Part shown: positions 12,001 to 18,900 of the stretch, piece after piece | Layout of the letters: each line of letters begins with the position of its first letter | Position numbering within the stretch: the first letter of the stretch is position 1 | Notes under the pieces: model-generated | What the model was told of the DNA's origin: nothing | The model's input: the letters and a program-made list of their open reading frames with translations, nothing else | The model's database searches: none | Program-made: the position numbers and the translations under genes | Assembly (NCBI GenBank): GCA_964394925.1 | Contig: CAYMZG010000006.1 | Location: 16,256 to 80,255 of the forward strand | Length of the DNA stretch: 64,000 bases | Reading direction: 5' to 3' | Source of the DNA: an uncultured Candidatus Saccharibacteria bacterium | GTDB taxonomy: Bacteria > Patescibacteriota > Saccharimonadia > Saccharimonadales > CAYLGV01

Positions 12001-12483
12001 GGTACCATGACGGCTGACTTCTGTGCTAACCAATCCGGCGTCCTATCGGTTAACACAAGCATCTGTACAACGTCTGGTGATGCACGTAACTACTACAAGT
12101 GGACCTCACCTCAGGCAACGCAGCAAACCTACAGTATTTACGTAACCTACCAACTACCATCTACCTTTAAGAGCTTTGCTTCAGACAACACCGTCCAGTT
12201 AACAGGTCGCGTCGACAACACGACCAATGCGGCTGTCACGTACGAAATGTTTAAGAACCAAAGTGGCACGGTGCAGCAGTGTGGTACCGAAACGACTGTT
12301 ACGACATCGAATAATACCTGGCAAACTGTTGGCATTAATGGCAACGAGGCTACTGGTACGGGAGGTTGTAGCTTCAATACCAGCTCTGCTAGTTCCTTCG
12401 TGATCTTCAAGATCAACATGAAGGCTAACAGTGGCGCCAATGCCTACGCAAGTACCTTAAGCTTCACAACGAAGGGTCAATAA
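1..12483 (+). CDS. Giant modular surface fibre/adhesin-like protein, 5'-partial (>=4,160 aa inside window)
   Basis: Frame 1 is open from nt 1, with no stop in 1-135. The track start at 136 is only the first in-frame start-like codon. Residues encoded upstream of it already carry a motif shared with the third giant gene. Stop TAA at 12481-12483. The protein is G/A/T/S/N-rich. It has five tandem modules with YadA-head-like 14-residue repeats, four DTNLYRSAA[ND]TLKTDD junctions, a Gly/Ala tract, two CBM4/9-like segments ending FYVDNLSV and FFVDALTI, and a C-terminal GSMYFDT..CYGTSGWGAC tip motif. Confidence 0.9.
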   Translation, partial: QIATCNTTGTGAAFVQGGNSFGALAQLGTTDTNNLQVITNSVGRALFDQSNNLYLGNANVTGGTNAAPNAFALQGTGSSTAGTAGGALTINGGAGATTGAGSTGGILTLQGGNAGGTDIAGANLVLNGGRGTGTGVGGNIVFQYAPAGSTGSTANTLQTACTISGTNGSLSCPGAGASSERFGSGSTAAGASSLAVGNAASASGTGNIAIGASTSSTGANNTISIGNNIANAGSGSVVIGMGSTASSSGGTTGIGDQVTVSAWKAIAIGQLANSSFQDSIAIGNGATTTATGQIVFGSGTTNRSAYSTAYFGKGVVDSSPTGFTINATGSNAAGTAGAALSLQGGNAVSVLNTNGGNLQLNGGQGTGTGVGGNIVFQYAPAGSSSSTANALQTACTISGTNGSLSCPGAGTSSERFGSGSTAAGSNSLAVGNGASAANNESTAIGYSAASTGINSTALGRSATAGQDAVALGYSASAGFSNSIALGRSASTTAANQLVVGSSSAAITSAYFGNGVTAATPQGFTLQGTGSSAAGTAGAAFTINGGAGATTGAGSTGGILTLQGGNAGGTDVAGANLALNGGRGTGTGVGGNIVFQYAPAGSSSSTNNALQTACTISGTNGSFSCPGAGTSSERFGSGSTAAGSNSLAVGNGASAAGNNSVAVGLNTSTNLRGTVVGYLSTAGQDGVSIGQNITTSGTNSVVIGSAAGASGNAAVALGAGASANFNNSIAIGGASSTTAQGQIVLGNTNYNNAYFGGVTAATPNAFTLQGTGSSTAGTAGADFTLKGGAGTTTGAGSTGGILTLQGGNAGGSNIAGANLVLNGGQGTGTGVGGNIVFQYAPAGTTGSTNNTLQTACTISGTNGSLSCPGAGSGSERFGSGATVSASNGLAIGQGASASGTAFSIAIGQSASATVSDAIALGHSASSTGSSSVAIGASSSASFGTSIAIGASSSATGNSSTALGGGAVANSNYSISIGNGATATGASQLVIGSSSAPISSAYVGNGVTAATPQNVTLQGTGSSTAGTAGADFTLKGGAGTSTTTGSAGGNLVLQGGAAGGSGNNNGGNVTINAGAKTASGTNGTISLGTSNTSAITLGASGITTTNAGALTISQLLTGNLGATISGAAISLNDSSNFNVSIAGGTSTGQVDIGTGTGVQTLNFGTGGTGAKTVTIGSSASTGTTTITSGTGGIDINTSTSGGDIAVRTGTGGSLSLSADNSINIGITSVNAITVGRTDTDAPVAVRGATTFSNTSAATNTVTIKGAASQSGDLMQLQNNSSQLLTAFDASGKLQFADGAGGAADTNLYRSAANTLKTDDALTVAGLLTGQLGATISGATTSINASSNFATNINTGTSTGAVTIGNSAAGAIAIQSASTVGITGTTTITGLSGGSSKALVVNNSTSTGNIFEAQDNGTAVLTVADGGFTDIGASLEVGAANTTGSGVCITIAGNISCNTGIDNYTSNTNTANNSYGTYTVLGVTATSGANTASDNVAVLGNTVTAGSQNFSYATGVSGLVRNATTGATSDARGIQGYVSNDTGAGTMALASALYGNVNATAAITTAAGLNIAANTGTITNNYGAWIQAQTAGTSDYGARIDAADTQTLWLSGNADNTTAAAGIAFGASRDTNLYRSAADTLKTDDSLVVGTNLSLSGSGTFTSGTGTVTLQGNTDVAATVSLATKAGTTYTTAGSANNVAISTASLYILDTSGAAQTITGIAAGRDGQQLTLVNADASLVVTISNESASSTAANRITTGTGADITIPAGSSLSLVYDSTNSRWRTVGTTATSGGGANQQLSNLSGTVAVNLALNPGTDNTLDLGSAANSWRTLYADTSVLTPSVDVASAGTLSIGNSTATAVSICNSAACDTITIGSNADADTITVGDSNDTVGINGTTTITGNTSINTSGSGTTTIGNASAGAIAIQSASTVGLTGTTTITGLTSGDALTVNNSTSTGNIFVAQDNGSAVFTIADGGNVTLAADLAVNGGDITTNQTTFNLLNTTATTVNAFGAATALNIGASSGLTVTPGGNVTFAQANNKDLAIQSSLAGGNRTTDVLTISQANDASFTNSANLLELNNADVDSTGPVANIVQSSTAAGAYALNITNSNTTATGAAINITGVAGANVRGILLGGITTGIGISNTATTTGSAINLGGALTSGNGILFNTTANGLTSGKALNISGSASGITADFSGAYINVDPSRTLTAAATRADSGNYLKLTRAETVNNASGVINITGDVANFSSNCTQTLGSCTDNSNILELQQSYASATGAVLNVGGAGTGNLATLDATNSSANGVLIDVQSSSSSQYGLKVTTNNGGSTALQVNGDGSISAGIAGTTTTVNGALTVAQLLTGQAGATISGATTSINASSNFATNINTGTSTGAVTIGNSAAGAIALQSASTIGITGTTTITGLSGGSSKALVVNNSTSTGNIFEAQDNGTAVFTIADGGNVTATQDVTVGSQLAVGSTSSIQTREVISVDETFTNTSGDSIGISNVITSNPGSASTAGIYANWNEALTTDGNAQSATLLLGARNQATHQGDGDLALLYGAYNYGNVNYLNGGGTVTLGVGDYGRFDNWGAATVTNAAGVYGESHLSSGGSIVTNNGLAAHAYNAGSGNITNNKGLYVLNELTSTGNITTNYGVDIASAVDSGAGSITDNYGINVQAQTAGTNDYGIAVGAADTQTLWLSSNANNTTAAAGIAFGSSRDTNLYRSAADTLKTDDNLNVTLDTDIGSQLAVGSGASITSNEVVSIDETYTNTSGTLRGIDNSITSNPASASSADITGTYNTVTLQGSSNYTGFIYGSVNVVSNSSTATTTYAFGSTGAVTNMSSGAITYGYGATGSAINASNGNMTWAAGVVGQVQNLGSGTITNGIGLFVPSAVNSGGGAITTNVGAWIQAQTVGATNYGLLIADMTAGSGTNYGLVVGDAKTNAVWINNNNDSTDEAGGIVFGQSKDTNLYRSAANTLKTDDNLEVGTNIYFTKESAHTLQIADSTTAATAGGALTVKAAAGSTSGTGGALTLQGGAGGTSGAGGATTVAGGAAGGGNTAGGALTLQGGAASGSGAGGNVSITGGAAAANASSTGGTVSIASGAGSTTGTGTAGSTLTINTGAGGGSNANAGGALTVQAGAGSATGAGGAITITGGAGGSTSGAGGALSLSGGAATTSGNGGAVTITGGTAVGVTTGGAVTIQGGTGLAGGAVNILAGYFGDTSAALNIGTVGSSTKSSTVNIANTSSGTSTQTVSIGSTANTANSVTLSAGATGYVNLNTGQAQFSEITGTRTFTVQTRTSNVAGSGLTVVAGAAGSGATGVAGGTLTLQGGAAAGTTGNANGGDVTITGGAAVNSGYQGLVNLSSTAFSTAPVQTISSTGVQAITAGNQNIYSTLPITASVSGVIATLSDPGQNVIGRILYVTARSGSNDFTLRLNSARTPIDITMKANSTATLIWNGTDWTAAGASSSTDLQAAYNNTVSSAGGAELILNAPGGNADGLTIRNNATTPITGGLLEVQTSIGGNLFSVNNNATEYATNGGGETSGTSSCTSGFPASTWTTAPAGGTCSRTTTSGTYTTGQAAAAVTTTGTQYHGLSNQLSTTMTAGLRYTVSFTVKGSANFTALEAVYSANGTATAGQVRSCFFGTPTLTGTAGSQTTTTITGSNFTASMVGSVIVFANGQSAYITGYTNSTTLTTSAAFSQTVTSQNYSIYTNTITTNQSTWTRVTCDFIAPSGATSSNAIFIRQNDSTARTFYVDNLSVTVNASVNHAADGSVDSALSPNWVASGGSVTLDSTNIYDTSGAVSVTTGATNRGVYNFMGTNGITPTVSATGVQYRASFYVKGNSGSVTLTNSSVYYSPDGGTTVRNCNDLNTATVGTSSYTLVSCIFTTNNTAASAPRFYILNTSNTSFFVDALTITLNTNTANNVQIGGANNGGPITLFTLDRSAGAPIAANNDAYLGSMYFDTATNSIQCYGTSGWGACGAAPDNIVNLNPEYAGAVLNGSGVGTMTADFCANQSGVLSVNTSICTTSGDARNYYKWTSPQATQQTYSIYVTYQLPSTFKSFASDNTVQLTGRVDNTTNAAVTYEMFKNQSGTVQQCGTETTVTTSNNTWQTVGINGNEATGTGGCSFNTSSASSFVIFKINMKANSGANAYASTLSFTTKGQ
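211..3200 (+). repeat. Five tandem intragenic modules (about 650-750 nt each) within the giant gene
   Basis: The recurring protein block is LQGTGSS.AGTAG...GG.L.L.GG.G.G.GVGGNIVFQYAPAG...LQTACTISGTNGS.SCPGAG.SSERFGSG, followed by S.A.G..A.A repeats. Blocks start near nt 211, 960, 1560, 2290 and 3030; the last copy is degenerate. Copies 2 and 3 are near-identical at DNA level with an exact 654-nt offset. Confidence 0.85.
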
Positions 12484-12643
12484 TGATGCAGACAATGACT
12501 ATACGACCCCCAAGCTTAACTCCACACTCACCTCGTCCTCGAACTGTATTAATTGATCCAGGGAGAGGGAAGATAAAAATCAAACAATCTTCCAATACAC
12601 AAAAAATCAAAATCAACCTCAAAACAAAAATAGGTAAAAATAC

Positions 12644-12841
12644 ATGAAAAATAACAACCAAAACCATCAAATAAAAGAAGCTCGGTCGGGCCGTTCTCGC
12701 AAGGCGGCCACGACCGACATCTTGGTCGTTCCCGAAATTGTCCAAAATAATCATGCTCGGCTTGCTCAAAAACCACGTCGCAAGCGCCGCGTGAATTACG
12801 CCAAGAAAACCATGAATGATGCTTTCCTGTTTAATGTCTAA
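12644..12841 (+). CDS. Possible small basic protein (65 aa), uncertain
   Basis: ORF in the 487-nt gap between two giant genes. Product is Lys/Arg/Asn-rich (MKNNNQNHQIKEARSGRSRK...KPRRKRRVNYAKK). No clear SD or promoter. It starts inside an A/C-rich tract and contains a GC-rich hairpin (about 12682-12717). Confidence 0.25.
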   Translation: MKNNNQNHQIKEARSGRSRKAATTDILVVPEIVQNNHARLAQKPRRKRRVNYAKKTMNDAFLFNV

Positions 12842-12896
12842 TATGGTGGTCTAGGTACCTTCGTCATGGGCAGAGCCCAAACTCCTTAGTCACCCC

Positions 12897-12925
12897 TTGC
12901 GGCTTATGGTTAAAGCATCTATAAT
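12897..12925 (+). promoter_or_regulatory. Sigma70-like promoter for the 2,108-aa gene
   Basis: TTGCGG (12897-12902), a 17-nt spacer, then a perfect TATAAT (12920-12925). This lies about 45 nt upstream of ATG 12971. Confidence 0.5.
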
Positions 12926-12970
12926 CTACACTTGAGAAGTAGGTAACATAGAAAGCCCACGCTTATAGGG

Positions 12971-15900
12971 ATGGATGACATAAAAATGCGCAGTCAAAGA
13001 GGGTCATTTCGGGCGGCTGAAACGCCGCGTGCTGCTTCTGCACGCCCCCTTAATCAAGCCCGGGATTCAGCTTCATCGACCTCGACCATGCCAAGCCCCA
13101 GCCACAGTAACGGTATTGTTAGTTTGCGAAACTCCCATAAAACCTACTGGCTTATGCGTTCAATCGGTGGAACTGCTTCGACTAAGTTGCGGAAGAAAAG
13201 CCTCAAGCATACCTCATTCTTCCGACACCTGAAGAAGAGCCGCTTTATTCGTGCCTACAGCGCGGTAGTCTGCTTGCTCTTGGTGATTTCTATTCTCGGC
13301 ACCGTTATTCAGCCCATCCTCGACAAGAAGCCATATAAGATGTCTCCGCAAGCGAAAGCTTTGCTCCCAGCGGGGAATCCCCACTTAGCTGAACTTGTAA
13401 AATTTAATGCCAAAGAGGCTAGCTTTGCATATAACTCTGGATACACAGGCAAGGTAAACCCGGATAGTGATAAAGCAGGGACTGGTGAAGCTCGCGTCAC
13501 GGCCAGCTTTAGCGAAGACCCCATGAAGGGTATGAGCGTGACCGATCCAGCTAATCAATTAACGATTAAAATGACACCGCAGTTTACCATGCTAAAAGGT
13601 AAACAAGACCAAAACCAAATTCTCTATCGACTCGCCAACCAAGATGGTTATCTGGTGTATACGGCCCGAACAGCCAGCATAAAAGAAGACATTGTACTTG
13701 ATAGTTATAAGGGAGACACCGCACGATTCTCCTATAAGATGGAACTACCAAATGGCTTGGAGGCCCGTTTAGAATCCGATGGATCAGTCGGTATTTATGG
13801 CGTTTCATCGGCCCTACTTGGCAATGTGGCAACATCGACTGATCAAGACAGGGAGCTGCTGGAAAAAGCCCGTAAAAATGGGCAAAAGTCAGATCTTATA
13901 TCTGTTATTCCTAAGCCGCTAGTATTAGACGGCTACAAGAAAGAATCAACAACGGTAAAAGCCCACTTCGAATTAACAGATAGTACGCTTACTATCGTGA
14001 GCGAAGGTATGGCCAATGCGACCTACCCACTTACAATTGACCCGACTGTCTATATTGCAAGTGCCGCCCAGCTCATGAAGGGTAATAATGAAACAAACGC
14101 CGACTTTGATGTAAGTAATGATCTTATTCAAAAAAGCAGAACAACCGGTGCCCGAATTAATGATTGGACAAATGCTTTGGGTCTCCCTGAAGCGCTATGG
14201 GGACAGGGAACTGCGATGGCGGGTGGTTATGTATATATCGCAGGCGGCAAGAAAGAACTTAAAAAGACGTATACCGACAAGGGTGCCAGTTCATTCGTAG
14301 TGCCAAGTGGTGTATCGTCAGTGACGGTAAAACTGTGGGGTGGTGGCGGTGGTGGCGGTGGTGGCGCCGCATCAGGTGCTGGCGGTGCTGGCGGTGGCTC
14401 CGGCTACGTAACGGGCACACTTGCTGTAACGGCTGGAGAGACGCTCACACTGAACATTGGTGGCGGTGGTGCTGGCGGCCGCTATGATGGCGCGGGTAAC
14501 GATGCTGGTGGCGGTGGCGGTGGCGGTGGCTACAGTAGTATTTATCGTAGTTCAACAGCATTGGCAGTGGCGCCAGGTGGCGGTGGTGGTGGCGGCGCAC
14601 GTAACGCAACAGCTGGTGGCGCCGGGGCGCCGGGCGGTAACGCAACAAGTGCGACTGCCGGTGGAACAGTTGGAAATGGCGGTGGTGGCGGTGGCGCAAC
14701 AAGCGGTGGCGGTGGCACAGCGGGTACAGCAGGGAGCAATACTGGTACAGCTGGTGGCACACTTGTGGGTGGTGAAGGGGCTGATGGACGTGGTGCTCAA
14801 GGGGCTGATGGTAGTGGTGTGGCTGGTGGTATTGGCGGTGGTGCTGACGGTGGCTCAGCTAATACTGTTACAGGTACTACTACTTACGCCGGTGGTGGTG
14901 GCGGTGGTGGCGGCTACTACGGCGGTGGTGGCGGTGGTGCGCCAACAAGTGCAAATGGCAACGCCGGCGGTGGCGGTGGCGGTGGCGTAGCCTATACTGG
15001 TGGTCTCACGGGTGCGACACCTACAGCCGGCTCTACGACATCCCCAGGTAACAGTGGCGATGCAGATAGAAGTTATGGTCCAGTAGCTGGTGGTACGGGT
15101 GGCGCCGCTGGAGCGGCGACCGCTGATGGAACTGCGGGTAATCCGGGGGTAATTGTCATTAGCTGGTCGGGCTCTACGAGTGTGGTGCAAACGGTTTACT
15201 GGGCGCATATTAACGACTCAACGGGTGCAATCGAGGCAACTAACCCGGGTAACGGTGCGTGTAGCGGTTGGTGTACGAATAGCGCATACAATCTGCCAGC
15301 AGCTTTGTATGGTTTCTCTATGGTTGCTTATAACGGCTACCTATATGTAATCGGTGGTTCAAACTCCAGCAATACTCCTCAGTCGACCGTTTATATTGCA
15401 AAACTAGGTGCTAACGGTGAGCCGCAGAAATGGCACCCCACAGGAGGAACCCCCGATTACTGGTATAGCGACACGGCGCTATCGGCGGCACGCAGCCAAT
15501 TTGCAGCAGTGGCATACAACAATCGTATGTATATCATGGGTGGCCTCACCGGAACAGCGCCCGGAACGGTCGTAAGTTCAGACACCGTACAATACGCAGA
15601 TATAAAACCGATGGGCACATTCTCTACATGGACATCAACCGGTATGTCAGCGCTACTTTCTAACCGTTATGGGTTAACGGCCCAAGTATATAACGACACA
15701 ATATATGTACTCGGTGGCAGTACGAGTTTTGGCGGTTCAACGTTGCAGACGGTTGACTATGCCAAGCTTAATAGCGATGGCACCATGAATACTTGGGTTA
15801 ACACCAGCTCTATTGCCACTTCTGGTAGGGTGACAGGAGGAGGTGGTAGTTTCAGTACCATTTGGGGGGCATATATCTATGTAGGCGGTGGCTGTAGCAC

Positions 15901-18900
15901 TATGAATGGTAGTGGCTACTGTACTGCTGGAGCGACTGATATGCAGCTAGCAAGTATTAATGCCGATGGAAGCCTTGGATCGTTCAACACAATCATCGGG
16001 CTCTATAATAAACGTGTTGGCTACACCATGACGGCATGGCAAGGGTCACTATTCAGATTCGGCGGTTGCATCAGCCAAAACACCAGTACGGGCGGTTGTG
16101 ATGCGCCTGCGGGTTCTTCAAGCTATGGATTAGTGAATCAGGATGGTGAAGCAAGTACGGTGGCAACCTCTGTAGCAAGTGGTACGGCGCCATGCAGTGG
16201 CGGCTCGCCATACAGCTGCAACATGCCAAGTGCTTCAGTTGGTAACGTACTGAACGAAGCAGTTATCATGAACGGCTTTCTATATATTATGGGCGGCTGT
16301 ACAAATGAAGCATGCACCACCGTTTCTACAGGTATTACATACCAGGCAATTAGTAGCGATGGGACACTACAGAAACCATCTTCATGCTCCGGGAGCTACA
16401 CTGATTCATACTGCGTGAGCTCAACGTCCTTGCCGGTTGGCTTGGCAGCTGGCGCAACAGCTACCTTTAATGGGCGTATGTACATTGTTGGTGGTTTTAA
16501 CACCGACACTAGAATTTATTACACCTCTGTAAATAATGACGGTAGTATTGCCGCTTGGAGCAACGTCGACTTGACTACAATTGGTGCTGAAGACGTAACC
16601 TATGCTTACGCATATGCCCGTGCTAACCCTGCTTCGGCAGGTACGAGCCCGGGTAATTTGTATATCTTTGGAGGATGTACAGACGGTACAGTTGGTTGTT
16701 CAAACTACACGGACGGCGTTTATAAGTGCCTGATCTCTACTACTGGTGTACCAAGTGCGTGCAGTAAAACAGCTAACGGCACACAACTACAAATAGGTAC
16801 CGTTACTGGTACTGACGGTAACCCGACAAGTAGTGCTGGGTTGGGGGCCATGGCTGGTGCGGTATATGCTAACTACATTTACCTGATTGGTGGACTTGCC
16901 CCAGGCACATTCGGTACCGACCTTAAAATGACTCGGTATGCTAAGTTTGATAGCAGCAACAATGTGGTGGCTATCTCTGGTAGTACTTGGACCGAAGACT
17001 CAAGCCACCAACTATCAACAGGGCGTAGACGTGGAGCTGGCTTTGGTTATAACGGCTATATTTATGTAGTCGGTGGCTTCGAGGGCACGACCGGTGTTCT
17101 TGCTGATATCGAATTCGCCAAGCTAAATGTGAGTGATGGGAGCTGGGGCTCATGGAGTAGCTCCACAGTTACTATTAACCAGCGCTGGGGGCTTACGGTG
17201 CCGATCTCGAATTCCTATGCCTATGTCATTGGGGGTTGTATCAACGGTGCGGCCCCGGGAAGCTGTAATAGAAGAACGAATACTATCCAAACATTCCAGA
17301 TATATAACAATGATAGCGGCACGGCATCATCTTTCACCAATATAAACAATGATTTCACAACTGACACGAATAGATGGGGGGCAAGCTCTGCCGTGTTAAA
17401 CGGTAAAGTATATGTTGCGGGTGGCTGTACGAGTACTACTGACTGTACAACGGCAACCGCAAGTGTGCAGTACGCTTCTATAAATGGAAATGATGGCTCA
17501 CTCACATCATGGTCAGCCGCTACTAAGGGAATTGGCGACACGGGCTCAGGTGGACAATTACGAGCCTGGGGCAAACTCGTGGCAGTTCAGGGCTATCTGT
17601 ACTATCTAGGTGGCCAAACTAGCACTGCAACCGCCACGCAATCCACGGTGTATTATGTAAAACCAGCCTCTTCTGGTGATATTTCTGGCAACTGGTCTCA
17701 AGCGAGTGGAGGTATAGGCGATACGGCTAGCCAGGCAGCCCAGGCACGCTCCAAGTTTGGAGTGGCGGTATGGAATGACCGTATATACGTGCTTGGCGGC
17801 CTTGATGGAAGTGGAACGCCAGTTGCCACTAACACCGTTTATTATTCGCCAACCCTAACAAGCAGTGGGGGAATTGCCGCAGATAGTTGGACTTCTGATG
17901 CTGATACCCTATCACAATCTCGTTATGGTGTAGCCGTTACGGCGTACGCCAACAACCTGTATACGGTTGGCGGTATAGATAGTTCAGGTAATTATATGAA
18001 CGACGTGCAATACTCTCAGATTAACAGCGATGGTACCATTGATTCGTGGGTGTTGAGTACGAGCCTACCTAGTTCGATTGCCCAAGCTGAGGTATTTGCT
18101 GCCAATGGCTATATGTACGTGGTTGGTGGGCGATCTGCAAGCACCTCTTGTGTGCCCAATACATTAGTAGCACCAGTCAGCGCTAACACCACTATTGCTA
18201 CTGGCAACAACCCAACAGGCGTTGGCGAGTGGTACGAAACAAACGTCCGTTACGCTGGTGGGCGTTATGGAGCAGCACTATCGTATTATGGGGGTAAAAT
18301 GTACATCTTCGGAGGTGGCTGTACCTATCCACTTACTGGTGCCTATTCAACGGGTAATATTACACAGTCCGGTAACACACTTACAGGAACAGCTGGTGCC
18401 TCGTGGAGTGATGATCTTGTCGGCGCTACGATCACGTATCTCGATGCTTCTACAGCAACAGTTGTACGAGTAATTAGTAGTACGTCCATGGTTGTTTCTG
18501 TTAGTAAGACCATTGGTAGTGCTCAAACGTACTCAGTTGCATACGGCAAGCACCAATACGGTGTTTTGAAATCACAACCCCAGCTCGCGAAGTATTCACG
18601 CATGATCGACACCGACACCGATGTATTTCCAACGGCATGGTTGGCAAACGGTCTGGACAACTCAATTGGTGCACGGTGGCAAGCTCGCTATCGTAGCATG
18701 CACGACATTGACAGTGCTGTGTCGCCAAGTGAAGACTGCGGCACCAGCGCGACCATGACCACCATGACAACGTGGGGGCGTGATGTTAACTTCGGCAATA
18801 CCACACTTGGAAACGTTAATTCATACACTCCGAGAAACGGCTCCTACTATACAACGGGTAGCATAACGCAGTCAGGTACGGCTGTAACGGGTTCGGGTAC

